DNA of 43,725 nt from an uncultured bacterium (GTDB lineage Bacteria > CAIJMQ01): assembly GCA_964573245.1 (NCBI GenBank), contig CAZNJA010000004.1, positions 1-43,725 of the forward strand. The letters are read 5' to 3'. Position 1 is the stretch's first letter. The number at the start of each line of letters is the position of its first letter. The notes beneath the pieces are model-generated. The model made no database searches. It was given only the letters and a program-made list of their open reading frames with translations, and was not told the origin of the DNA. Of the stretch, positions 9,007 to 18,268 are shown one piece after another. The position numbers and the translations under genes are program-made.

Positions 9007-10620
9007 TTAAGTTGCCTTTCTTTTTAACTTTTTTACCATGCTAAGCCCAATTTTCCTTTCTTCAGGGCTAATCCTTGTAATCGCCACTTTTATTTTATCG
9101 TCCACCTTAATCTGCTCCTCAATAGATTCTTTCTGCTCTTTTGCCTCAGAGACATCTGCTGTTTCGCTTTTAATTTGAGATATGTGTAAAAGCCCTTCTA
9201 TACCATCTTCGATTTTTACGAATGCGCCAAAATCAGTTACTTTTGTCACTTTCCCATTCATTTCCATTCCCACCTTGTATTTCTTGTCAATTTCATCCCA
9301 AGGATTGGGAAGTAACTGTTTCCTGCCAAGTGATATTTTTCTTTGAGCAGGGTCTACATCTAAAACCAACACTTCTACTTTTTCGCCTTTTTTGATTAAC
9401 TTGGACGGATGTTCTGTTCTGGGTGCCCAAGATAAATCAGAAATGTGTATCAAACCTTCTATGCCTTCTTCCAACTCGACGAATACCCCATAATCGGTAA
9501 TTGTTCTCACCTTTGTTTTAATTTTGGTCCCTTTTGGGTATTTATCTTTTATCTTAAGCCATGGATCAGCTTCCGTTCTCTTAATAGACAAGGCGATTTT
9601 ATTGTTGGCTCTGTCTATATTTATTACGATTGCTTCGACCACGTCACCAATGCTTAATATTTGAGAAGGGTGCGAGATGTGTTTTGTCCACGAAAGTTCC
9701 GATATATGAATAAGCCCTTCTATACCTTTTTCCAGTTCAAGGAAAATCCCGTAATTAGTTATATTAACAACCGTTCCTTTGACTTTCGAATTAAGCGGAA
9801 ATTTCTTCTCCACCAATTCCCATGGGTCGGCAGTTTTTTGTTTTAATCCCAATGAAACTCTTTTTTTCTCTTTGTCTATTTCTAATATTACCAATTCCAC
9901 CTCTTCGCCTATTGCCAAAACTTCCGAGGGATGAGAAATTCTTCCCCAAGAAATATCAGTAATATGAAGCAAGCCGTCAAGCCCTCCCAAATCTACAAAC
10001 GCACCAAAATCAGTAATATTTTTGACTTTGCCTTTAACTATATCTTTCGGCTTTAAGGTTTCAAGAAGATGTTTTCTTGACTGGTCGCGATTTTCCTCCA
10101 AGAAAGCTTTATGCGAAACAACTACATTCTTTCTCCACTGGTTGGTTTTTAGTATCTTAAACTCTTTTTCTTTTCCTATTAAATCATCCTGATTTTTTAA
10201 TGGCTCTATATCTACCTGTGAAGATGGCAAAAACCCTGGAATGCCTATGTTAACAATAAAACCACCCTTGATTTTTTTAGTGATTTTGCCTTTGATGACT
10301 TCGCCCGAGTTATAAGCCTTTTGGATTTTACCCCAATTTTTTATGAAATCCGCTTTTTCCAAAGAAAGTTCTACCATTCCGTCTTGATTTTCTTTGGATT
10401 CAATAAGCACCTCTATTTCATCTCCGACTTTTAAATCTTGGGGAGAATCGAAATTGGAAAGGGATATAATACCTTCGGATTTATACCCGATATCTATTAA
10501 GGCTTCTCCTTTGCTGATTTGAGCTATTTTACCTTTTACTACCTCTCCCACAGCAATGGGTTTTAAAGTGGAAAAATACATCTCCTCGACACTTTGTATT
10601 TTTTTCTTTGTTTCGGTCAC
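9007..10620 (-). CDS. rpsA: 30S ribosomal protein S1
   Basis: Six S1 repeats (DIGYKSEG; VKNITDFGAFVDLGGLDGLLHITDISW; EGLIHISELSW); GTG start with AAGGAG SD. Confidence 0.97.
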   Translation of the reverse strand: MTETKKKIQSVEEMYFSTLKPIAVGEVVKGKIAQISKGEALIDIGYKSEGIISLSNFDSPQDLKVGDEIEVLIESKENQDGMVELSLEKADFIKNWGKIQKAYNSGEVIKGKITKKIKGGFIVNIGIPGFLPSSQVDIEPLKNQDDLIGKEKEFKILKTNQWRKNVVVSHKAFLEENRDQSRKHLLETLKPKDIVKGKVKNITDFGAFVDLGGLDGLLHITDISWGRISHPSEVLAIGEEVELVILEIDKEKKRVSLGLKQKTADPWELVEKKFPLNSKVKGTVVNITNYGIFLELEKGIEGLIHISELSWTKHISHPSQILSIGDVVEAIVINIDRANNKIALSIKRTEADPWLKIKDKYPKGTKIKTKVRTITDYGVFVELEEGIEGLIHISDLSWAPRTEHPSKLIKKGEKVEVLVLDVDPAQRKISLGRKQLLPNPWDEIDKKYKVGMEMNGKVTKVTDFGAFVKIEDGIEGLLHISQIKSETADVSEAKEQKESIEEQIKVDDKIKVAITRISPEERKIGLSMVKKLKRKAT

Positions 10621-10688
10621 TGTTATTTAACTCCTTATATTTCTCTTGGACTTAATCTATTTGCCGGATTGGGCAAACAAGGGAGCAT

Positions 10689-10769
10689 ATACTATTGCAA
10701 TTTAAGGATTTTGTCAACTTTGGGCAAAATGATAGTCGCAATGTATCACAATGCTTCTTTTGCTGTCAA
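10689..10769 (-). promoter_or_regulatory. Two tandem sigma70-type promoters for rpsA
   Basis: Minus strand: TTGACA(10717-10712)-17 nt-TAGTAT(10694-10689), and TTGACA(10769-10764)-18 nt-TACATT(10745-10740) with an extended TG. Confidence 0.6.
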
Positions 10770-10819
10770 CCTAGTTAGTGCCGAGAAATATTAGCCCGGC
10801 AGAGAAGATTAAAGACAAA

Positions 10820-12109
10820 TCATCTCGTTTTTTCCCAATGAAGCAGTTCCGTTACCCGCGAAAGGGTACTCCCTTCCTTTATTTCTTTGCGAACCCTGTT
10901 TTCCCTTTCCAGCACATCCATCGCGCGATTGGCTATTTCGGCAGCTTTTGATTGAGGTATTACCATTGCTCCGTCTTCATCCGCGATTATCCAATCTCCC
11001 GGAAAAACTTTTACCGAACCTACTTCTACTGGGATTCCTATTTCTCCTAATCCTTTCGGTTCGCCAGCCTGCGGAGTTATTATTTTCGCAAAAGCGGGAA
11101 ATTTTAGTTTCTTGATTTCAGGCACATCTCTTATTGCTCCGTCTATTATCACACCAGCGATGCCTTTTTGTTTTGCACTCCATGAGGCAAGTTCTCCCCA
11201 TACCGCTGGGGTAACACCGCCAGCGTCCACAACTATTACATCTCCTTTTTGTGCTTTATCTATTGCTTCGACCGGTTTCGCCCAATCGCCGGGATAAGTT
11301 CTTACGGTGAATGCTCTACCAACCATTTTTATATTTTCCCACACAGGTCTTATGTTTTTACAAGGATTTCCCCTGTGAAGCGCGTCTGATACATTGGAAG
11401 TGGAAACTTTAAGCAAAACATTTCTTACTTTCTCATCCGTCACTCTCTTATATAAAATAGTTTTTATGGGTTTTTTATTCTTTACGCTTTGCTTGATCAG
11501 GATGGTTGCTTTTTCAGCGTCTTCTGATTTCGTTATTGCGCCACCGACAATTATTATGGAAGCGCCTGCCTTTATCGTTTTTGGAGCGGTTTCGGAATTA
11601 ATACCTCCAGCAACCGCAATCGGGATACTCACCGCCTTGCTTACTTTTTCCAAATCTTTAAATGGGTTCTCTCCTTTCATCTGCGCATCAACCGGAGTGT
11701 GTATGCATAAATAATCCGCGCCCCAACTTTCTACCTGCTTGGCTTTCTTTGCCAAATCTTTTATTTCAAGCAAATCAACCATAATTTTAGCGCCGTAATT
11801 TCTTCCCGCTTCAATGCATTCCTTTATGGTGCTATCGGAGGCAATACCAAGAACACAAACGATATCTGCGCCTGCTTTAGCCGCAATTTCGACCTCTGTC
11901 CTGCCCGTGTCGGCTATTTTCATATCTGCAACAATCGTGCTGTCAGTAAACTCTTTTCTTAAAGTTCTTATCGCGTTCAAACCTTCGCTTTTAATCAGAG
12001 GCGTCCCGGCTTCAAGCCAATCAGCTCCACCCTTTACCGCTTCATGAGCAAGCTTTATAGCTCTCTTTAAGTCGATAAAATCAAGCGCAATCTGTATTAC
12101 GGGTTTCAT
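10820..12109 (-). CDS. 3-hexulose-6-phosphate synthase fused to an RraA/HMG-aldolase-like domain
   Basis: QIALD, WLEAGTPLIKSEG, VADMKIADTG, AVAGGIN (HPS/KGPDC barrel), followed by STSNVSDAL, GRAFTV, DVIVVD, AVWGEL, IDGAIRD, PGDWIIADEDG (RraA family). ATG 12109 has a GGAG SD. Confidence 0.9.
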   Translation of the reverse strand: MKPVIQIALDFIDLKRAIKLAHEAVKGGADWLEAGTPLIKSEGLNAIRTLRKEFTDSTIVADMKIADTGRTEVEIAAKAGADIVCVLGIASDSTIKECIEAGRNYGAKIMVDLLEIKDLAKKAKQVESWGADYLCIHTPVDAQMKGENPFKDLEKVSKAVSIPIAVAGGINSETAPKTIKAGASIIIVGGAITKSEDAEKATILIKQSVKNKKPIKTILYKRVTDEKVRNVLLKVSTSNVSDALHRGNPCKNIRPVWENIKMVGRAFTVRTYPGDWAKPVEAIDKAQKGDVIVVDAGGVTPAVWGELASWSAKQKGIAGVIIDGAIRDVPEIKKLKFPAFAKIITPQAGEPKGLGEIGIPVEVGSVKVFPGDWIIADEDGAMVIPQSKAAEIANRAMDVLERENRVRKEIKEGSTLSRVTELLHWEKTR

Positions 12110-12131
12110 TGTTTTTATTCTCCGACAAGCG

Positions 12132-12160
12132 ATTTTACTATACAAAAATTCTTATTGCAA
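12132..12160 (-). promoter_or_regulatory. sigma70-type promoter of the HPS-RraA gene
   Basis: Minus strand TTGCAA(12160-12155)-17 nt-TAAAAT(12137-12132). Confidence 0.55.
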
Positions 12161-12291
12161 AACACCATTCATCATCATTAACGAGAATATTTTGATAGTG
12201 GGTTCTGCGTTATGCTAATATATCGCATACAATATACACATTGTGAATACTTGTCAGATGATTGGCATTGTTGGGAATAAACAATAAACAG

Positions 12292-12801
12292 ATGAATTTT
12301 TCCGTTCTGGGCTTTGATCCAGGAATAAAAGTAAGCGGTTATGGAATCGTCGCTAAAGACAACAAGTCTAAACTTACCGCAATTAAATATGGGATAATTA
12401 CGAACTCTTCCCCTGAATCGTTTCCTTTGTATCTGGAAAAAATCTATAATAGAGTTATTCAGTTGATGAAAAGATTCAAACCAAATAGTATTGCGATAGA
12501 AGAACCTTTTATTTCCAGAAATCCAAATGCTGGTTTGAAAATCGGACAAATTGTAGGGGTGGTAAGTTTGGCGGGAATTAAAGAAGGGCTTCAGGTTTTT
12601 GGTTATTCAACTCTATCTATAAAACAAGCCGTTACAGGATACGGAATGGCAGAAAAAAAGCAGGTGCAGGAAATGGTGAAAAGGTTTTTGTCTTTGGATG
12701 TAAAATTCGAACGTGTTGATATTTCGGATGCTTTAGGCGCGGCTATATGCTGTATAAATTCTTCGGACTGGAGCAGCAGAATAAAAAAAAATAGTGGGTA
12801 G
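12292..12801 (+). CDS. ruvC: Holliday junction resolvase RuvC
   Basis: VLGFDPG, AIEEPF, IKQAVTGYGMAEKKQVQEMV, DISDALGAAIC; followed by ruvA and ruvB. Confidence 0.95.
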   Translation: MNFSVLGFDPGIKVSGYGIVAKDNKSKLTAIKYGIITNSSPESFPLYLEKIYNRVIQLMKRFKPNSIAIEEPFISRNPNAGLKIGQIVGVVSLAGIKEGLQVFGYSTLSIKQAVTGYGMAEKKQVQEMVKRFLSLDVKFERVDISDALGAAICCINSSDWSSRIKKNSG

Positions 12802-12850
12802 TGACGACTGGTCAGTATAAAGCCGACCATTGAACACCGACAACTAAAAA

Positions 12851-13450
12851 ATGATTGATTCTCTGCGGGGGAAATTAACTTATAAATCGCCGACCTATAT
12901 AAGGGTTGATGTAAAAGGGGTCGGATATGGGATGAATATTCCCGTTTCCACATATAACTTATTAGGTGATATAGGCGATGACGTAAGCGTTTTTACGCAT
13001 CTTCACGTAAGAGAAGACATTATGCGTCTTTACGGATTTAGAACCGAAGACGAACTCACGACTTTTAAACTGCTGATTTCAGTTACTTTGATAGGTCCGC
13101 AATTAGCGCTTGGCATTTTGTCTTCTCTTTCCTCGGAAGAATTAAAAAGGGCAATCACCAAAGATGATTTCAATAAATTGGACAGCGTGCCAGGCGTGGG
13201 CAAAAAAACTGCTCAAAGGATAATTATAGAGCTTAAAGAAAAGATTTCTCCTGTCGGGGAAATATTGGATGATGATGGAAAATTAAACGAAGCAGAGACA
13301 TCGCTCATGGAAGAAGCGGTGCGTGCACTTATATCCCTTGGTTGCAGTAAGAAAGAAGCGCTTTTGGCTATAAAGACTTCATATATGACAATCAAGGATA
13401 AAAAGCCATCTTTGGAAGAACTTATTAAATACTCTTTAAAACAATTATAA
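12851..13450 (+). CDS. ruvA: Holliday junction branch migration protein RuvA
   Basis: DVKGVGY, HVRED...LYGF, HhH motif VPGVGKKTAQRIIIELK. Confidence 0.97.
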   Translation: MIDSLRGKLTYKSPTYIRVDVKGVGYGMNIPVSTYNLLGDIGDDVSVFTHLHVREDIMRLYGFRTEDELTTFKLLISVTLIGPQLALGILSSLSSEELKRAITKDDFNKLDSVPGVGKKTAQRIIIELKEKISPVGEILDDDGKLNEAETSLMEEAVRALISLGCSKKEALLAIKTSYMTIKDKKPSLEELIKYSLKQL

Positions 13451-13553
13451 AAAGGATGATTGCAGGGATTACTAACCAATTACAGCGATTATACTTAACG
13501 GAAATTTTAGTCTCTGAAATCTATTTTAAAATCGTTGGAATCAATTTACAAAA

Positions 13554-14579
13554 ATGGCAAAAGAAAGAGTTATAAATCCAAAACCTACACTTGAAGATAA
13601 AGAATTGGACAATGAATTGCGTCCTATATCCTGGCAGGACTTTGCAGGACAGGGAAAAATAAAAGAGCAATTGTCTATCTTTATAAAAGCGGCAAAGGAA
13701 AGGGGAGAGGCTCTTGACCATATTCTTTTTCATGGCCCTCCGGGCTTAGGGAAAACCACTCTTGCCAATATCGTATCAAGAGATTTAGGGGTTAATCTTA
13801 ACTCCACTTCGGGACCCGTGATAGAAAGACCCGTGGACTTGTCGGCGATTTTGTCGCGTTTAAAGGAAAGAGAGGTCCTTTTCGTAGACGAGATACATCG
13901 TTTGCCGCATACGGTAGAGGAAGTTCTCTACTCCGCTATGGAAGATTATAAATTGGATATAATGGTCGGCAAGGGGCCATCTGCTCGCGCAATAAAACTC
14001 GAACTTCCGCGTTATACTTTAATAGGAGCAACAACCCGCACCGGACTGATTACTTCTCCTTTAAGAGCAAGATTTGGCATGATAATACGAATTGGGTTTT
14101 ATAAAGCAGAAGATTTGACACAAATAATAAAACGGTCTGCGAGAATTCTTGCTATTAAGATAGACGAAGAAGGTGCGCATGAATTAGCAAAAAGAAGTCG
14201 AGGAACCCCGAGAATAGCAAATAGACTTCTTAGAAGGGTCAGGGATTATGCTCAAGTAAAAGCTAATGGTTTTATTGACAAAGATATTACTGTAAGAGCG
14301 TTAGAACTTTTAGGTATAGATGAATACGGGCTTGATGAGATGGATAAACTTTTGCTTAAAGCATTGGTAGAAAAATTTAATGGCGGGCCTGTAGGGATAA
14401 AGACGTTAGCAATAGCTTTAGGTGAAGAAGAAGATACTCTCCAAGAGGTATGCGAAGCATATCTTATTCAACAAGGGCTTATAAAAAGAACCACACAGGG
14501 AAGGGAAGCTACGCCGTTATGTTACGAATGTTTGGGGATTGCTTGCAAAAAACAATCAAGACAAAAAAATCTTTTATAA
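13554..14579 (+). CDS. ruvB: Holliday junction helicase RuvB
   Basis: LRP...F.GQ, GPPGLGKTTLA, FVDEIHRL, GATTRTG, SRGTPRIANRLLRRVRD, GGPVG. Confidence 0.98.
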   Translation: MAKERVINPKPTLEDKELDNELRPISWQDFAGQGKIKEQLSIFIKAAKERGEALDHILFHGPPGLGKTTLANIVSRDLGVNLNSTSGPVIERPVDLSAILSRLKEREVLFVDEIHRLPHTVEEVLYSAMEDYKLDIMVGKGPSARAIKLELPRYTLIGATTRTGLITSPLRARFGMIIRIGFYKAEDLTQIIKRSARILAIKIDEEGAHELAKRSRGTPRIANRLLRRVRDYAQVKANGFIDKDITVRALELLGIDEYGLDEMDKLLLKALVEKFNGGPVGIKTLAIALGEEEDTLQEVCEAYLIQQGLIKRTTQGREATPLCYECLGIACKKQSRQKNLL

Positions 14580-14594
14580 CAAAGGGAGGGTCTT

Positions 14595-14804
14595 ATGCAA
14601 AAAGTAAAACTTTTTATGGGTTCGGCTACGACGGATGGCCTTTCTGAACTTGAAAAATCCATAAATGATTGGATTGAAAAAGAAAAAGTAGAAATTAAAA
14701 ATATTTCCAGTTCCGTAAGGTTGATTCCGTCTGGAGAAAGAGAAAGTTTAACGGCTGAGATTGTGGACCAACTATTGATTTCTGTGACTTATGAAACCAA
14801 ATAA
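14595..14804 (+). CDS. Small hypothetical protein (Cse60-like pattern, weak)
   Basis: Strong GGGAGG SD; overlaps metG start; KVKLF...ELEKSINDWI...I.V.Y pattern. Confidence 0.6.
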   Translation: MQKVKLFMGSATTDGLSELEKSINDWIEKEKVEIKNISSSVRLIPSGERESLTAEIVDQLLISVTYETK

Positions 14805-16326
14805 TACACAAGAAAAATTTTACGTTACTACTCCTATCTATTATGTAAACAGTTCCCCGCATGTAGGACATACTTATACTACTGTTGCCGCCGATGTTTT
14901 AGCCCGTTCATCGCGCCAGATGAGAAAAGACGTTTTTTCCCTGACAGGCACGGATGAACATGGAGATAAAATTGCAAAGGCGGCTCAAGAAGCAGGGAAA
15001 ACCCCTAAGGAGTTTTGCGACGAAATTTCCGGAAAATACAAAAACGCGTGGAATAATCTAAATATTTCTTACGATTATTTCGTGCGGACTACCGATAATA
15101 TTCACGAAGATGCGGTAAAGAAATTTTTGGGCAAATTGTATGAGAAAGGCGTAATTTATAAAGGCAAATATAAAGGGTTTTACTGCAGAGGATGCGAAAA
15201 ATTCCTGCAGAAAAACGATATGGAAGATGGCAAATGTCCTCTACATTTAACCGAGCCGGAATTGATAGAAGAAGACAATTATTTTTTTAAGTTAAGCGAC
15301 TACACACAAAAACTCATAGAACTGATAACGAACGACGAATTGAAAATACTGCCAAATGCGTTGAAAACCGAAGTCTTAAGCAAACTTCAATTGGGAGTAG
15401 ACGATATTAGCATTTCCAGAGAAACCGTTCAGTGGGGGATAAATCTTCCGTTTGATAATTCGCAAACAATTTATGTTTGGATAGATGCTTTAATAAACTA
15501 TATATCGGCGATTGGTTATGGCAACAACAAAGAACAGTTCGCTAAATGGTGGCCTGCGGATGTGCATTTAATGGCAAAAGACATAAGTTGGTTCCACTGC
15601 GTTATTTGGCCCGCGATGCTTTTGGCGGCTGGAGAAAAATTACCCAAAAAACTTTTTATTCATGGATTTTTTACGGTAGAAGGGCAAAAGATGAGCAAGT
15701 CCTTGGGCAATATGATAGACCCTTTGCCGTTGGCAAAAGAATACGGCGCAGACACGATCAGATATTTTCTCCTAACCGAATTTCCATTTGACCATGACGG
15801 AGATTTCTCTGTTTCACGCCTAAAAGAACGTTACAACAAAGACCTTGCAAACGATTTAGGCAATCTGATTTTACGTATATTGACAATGATAGAAAAATAT
15901 TGTGAAGGTGAGATTCCTTCTGTAAGCGATAGAGCAGAGAAAATCAATGCGGAATCGATAAGATTGGATTTGTCTGAACAATTAGATATTCGCAATAGAG
16001 AAATCGAAACTGCCGGTTTTTCCAAGGCGTTGTTCAATATAATGAATTTGGTTCGGGATAGTAATAAAATCATAGAAGAATACGCCCCCTGGAATTTAGC
16101 AAAAGAAAAGAATACTGCTTCCTTGAACACACTTCTTTATTATCTAGCGGACAGACTTTTAATAATCGCTGTATTAATGTATCCTTTTATGCCAAATACA
16201 AGTGAAGCAATAATAAGGCAATTGGGACTTGAAGTTTCGTCTGTTTCTTTGAGCGCAGGAAATCTGAAATCAGTCCTGCCTCATAAGAAAGTGAAAAAAG
16301 AAAAACCGTTATTTCCAAAAAAATGA
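14791..16326 (+). CDS. metG: Methionine--tRNA ligase (short form lacking the C-terminal tRNA-binding domain)
   Basis: YVTTPIYYVNSSPHVGH, TGTDEHG, Zn knuckle CRGC..CPLH, YVWIDALINY, KMSKS. Confidence 0.97.
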   Translation: MKPNNTQEKFYVTTPIYYVNSSPHVGHTYTTVAADVLARSSRQMRKDVFSLTGTDEHGDKIAKAAQEAGKTPKEFCDEISGKYKNAWNNLNISYDYFVRTTDNIHEDAVKKFLGKLYEKGVIYKGKYKGFYCRGCEKFLQKNDMEDGKCPLHLTEPELIEEDNYFFKLSDYTQKLIELITNDELKILPNALKTEVLSKLQLGVDDISISRETVQWGINLPFDNSQTIYVWIDALINYISAIGYGNNKEQFAKWWPADVHLMAKDISWFHCVIWPAMLLAAGEKLPKKLFIHGFFTVEGQKMSKSLGNMIDPLPLAKEYGADTIRYFLLTEFPFDHDGDFSVSRLKERYNKDLANDLGNLILRILTMIEKYCEGEIPSVSDRAEKINAESIRLDLSEQLDIRNREIETAGFSKALFNIMNLVRDSNKIIEEYAPWNLAKEKNTASLNTLLYYLADRLLIIAVLMYPFMPNTSEAIIRQLGLEVSSVSLSAGNLKSVLPHKKVKKEKPLFPKK

Positions 16327-17039
16327 GAAAAGATAAGCCGATAATAGTAGCTTTGGACGTTTTTACAAAAGAAGAAGCCGAAAAATTGGTAGACGAACTG
16401 ATTGAATGTGTCCGAATTTTCAAAATCGGGCATCAGCTTTTTCTAAGAGAAGGAATAAATATTGTCCACATGATTCAAGATAAAGGCGGTGAAGTTTTCC
16501 TGGATTTGAAATTTCATGATATTCCCAGTGTTATATCCAGCGCTGTGGAAGTGGCGTTCAAAGAAAAAATCTATATGCTGACTGTGCACTCTTTGGGCGG
16601 AAGAGCGATGCTTGAGCAAACCGTAAAAAAGGTCCAAACCTTACATAAAGAAACAGGGGGCAGAAAACCATTGCTTTTGGGGGTCACCGTTCTTACAAGC
16701 TTAGACAAAGAGAAATTGAAAGAAACGGGTTTCTCATTGACGATTAAGGACCAGGTTTTAAAACTTGCCAAACTCAGCGAAGAGTGTGGCTTAGACGGAA
16801 TAGTTTGTTCCGGGGAAGAGGTGAATTTAATAAGAAATAACACGAAAAAAGATTTTTTGGTCGTTGTCCCGGGAGTAAGAATGGGGAAAATATCTTCAGA
16901 CGACCAAAGTCGCGTAATTACCGCTGAAAACGCCATAAAAGCCGGAGCGGATTATTTAGTTATGGGTCGCAGCATAATGGAAAGCGAACACCCAAAAAAG
17001 GAAGTGAAATTAATTTTGGAGAAAACAAGCAAATTGTGA
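16323..17039 (+). CDS. pyrF: Orotidine-5'-phosphate decarboxylase
   Basis: IIVALD, FLDLKFHDIP, GVTVLTS, PGVR, DDQSR, GADYLVMGR. Confidence 0.97.
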   Translation: MRKDKPIIVALDVFTKEEAEKLVDELIECVRIFKIGHQLFLREGINIVHMIQDKGGEVFLDLKFHDIPSVISSAVEVAFKEKIYMLTVHSLGGRAMLEQTVKKVQTLHKETGGRKPLLLGVTVLTSLDKEKLKETGFSLTIKDQVLKLAKLSEECGLDGIVCSGEEVNLIRNNTKKDFLVVVPGVRMGKISSDDQSRVITAENAIKAGADYLVMGRSIMESEHPKKEVKLILEKTSKL

Positions 17040-17045
17040 TATACT
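17037..17045 (+). promoter_or_regulatory. Extended -10 promoter for rpsO-infC-rpmI-rplT
   Basis: TGaTATACT 45 nt upstream of the rpsO ATG, with AAGGAG SD downstream. Confidence 0.5.
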
Positions 17046-17089
17046 TTACTCCCATAATTTAAAAATTTAAGGTTAAGGAGTTTGTAATT

Positions 17090-17359
17090 ATGCCTTTTAC
17101 TAAGGAAGACAAAGCTAAAATAATAGAAAAATTCGGGAAAGACCCTAAAAATACGGGTTCGCCGGAAGTGCAGATAGCAATTCTTACACAAAGAATAAAT
17201 ACGCTTTCGCAACATCTTGCGAAGTTTAAACATGACCGCACATCCAAAAGAGGGCTGTTGCAAATGGTCGGAAAAAGAAGGGCTTTGCTAAATTACTTAA
17301 AAAAAGAATCCGAGTCGCGCTATCTGGAAACGCTTAAAAATTTAGACCTGAGAAAATAA
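17090..17359 (+). CDS. rpsO: 30S ribosomal protein S15
   Basis: NTGSPEVQIAILTQRI..L..HL, SKRGLLQMVGKRRALLNYL; 89 aa. Confidence 0.98.
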   Translation: MPFTKEDKAKIIEKFGKDPKNTGSPEVQIAILTQRINTLSQHLAKFKHDRTSKRGLLQMVGKRRALLNYLKKESESRYLETLKNLDLRK

Positions 17360-17367
17360 GTTAAAAT

Positions 17368-17940
17368 ATAACCTTGCAAGCAAAAACACAAAGAGTTCGA
17401 ATAAATAGGTGGATTAGGGCGGAAACGGTTAGAGTAGTAGGACCCGACAGCAAGCAGATAGGCGTTATGCCGTTAAATCGCGCTTTATATATCGCCAGAG
17501 AACTGGAGTTGGATCTTGTAGAAGTAGCTCCCGAAACTAAGCCCCCGGTATGCAGAATAATAGATTTCGGGAAATATAAATACGAACAACAAAAAAGAGA
17601 AAAAAGCCAGAAGAAACAACAGAGAATACAGCAGATGAAGGAAATGGTTTTTAGACCTTCTATCGGCGAGCATGATTTCAAAGTAAAAGTAAAACACATT
17701 AGAGAATTCCTTGAAGATGGTCATAAAACCAAAGTTATAGTACGGTTTAGGAGGGGAGAGATGTCCCGTAAGGAGAGAGGCAATCAGATTATTACGAAAG
17801 TAGAGAAAGAAATGGAAAATATAGGTAAAGTTGTAAAACCTTCTTATATGTTGGGCAAAGCGCTCATGATGGTTCTTGCGCCTATAGAAATTAGGAAAGA
17901 GAAAAATGCCAAAACGGAAAACAAAAAAATCGGCGGCTAA
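17368..17940 (+). CDS. infC: Translation initiation factor IF-3 (non-ATG start: ATA 17368 or TTG 17374)
   Basis: RIN..IRA..VRVV, LDLVEVAP..KPPVCRIIDFGKYKYE, KE..FRPSIGEHDF; in-frame stop at 17362 and no ATG before the conserved N-terminus. Confidence 0.95.
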   Translation: MTLQAKTQRVRINRWIRAETVRVVGPDSKQIGVMPLNRALYIARELELDLVEVAPETKPPVCRIIDFGKYKYEQQKREKSQKKQQRIQQMKEMVFRPSIGEHDFKVKVKHIREFLEDGHKTKVIVRFRRGEMSRKERGNQIITKVEKEMENIGKVVKPSYMLGKALMMVLAPIEIRKEKNAKTENKKIGG

Positions 17941-18103
17941 AAGATTTCATTATTCTGCCACCGGAAAAATAAAAAGAAATAAAGCCGGAAAACGGCACTT
18001 TTTGGGTAAAAAAGGTGTAACACAAAAAAGAAGATTAACTCAAAAAGACACTGTTGATTCAGCAGACTATAATAGAACAAAAGGGATGCTGCCGTACAAA
18101 TAA
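17906..18103 (+). CDS. rpmI: 50S ribosomal protein L35
   Basis: MPKRKTKKSAAKRF...TGKIKR..AGKRH; lies between infC and rplT. Confidence 0.96.
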   Translation: MPKRKTKKSAAKRFHYSATGKIKRNKAGKRHFLGKKGVTQKRRLTQKDTVDSADYNRTKGMLPYK

Positions 18104-18111
18104 TAATTAAA

Positions 18112-18253
18112 AAATCAAAATTCAAAGTCTTTTAAAAATTTTTACATTTTAATATGTATATTTGACTTTTGATATTCCCTCTGGAATCTTTCCAAGATTC
18201 CAGAGGACTTAGTCCCAGAAATTCTTAAAATTTCTCGGGGTAATTTTTGATTT
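18112..18253. repeat. Nested inverted repeats / REP-like hairpins between rpmI and rplT
   Basis: Perfect 13-bp stem CCTCTGGAATCTT(18178-18190)/AAGATTCCAGAGG(18194-18206); second stem AGAAATT(18217-23)/AATTTCT(18229-35) with CCC/GGG flanks; outer imperfect AAATCAAAATT/AATTTTTGATTT. Confidence 0.75.
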
Positions 18254-18268
18254 AAAGGGAGTAAGACA

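Noticed and set aside
9007-10100. Repeated sequence motifs within rpsA
   Set aside because: Explained by the tandem S1 domains.
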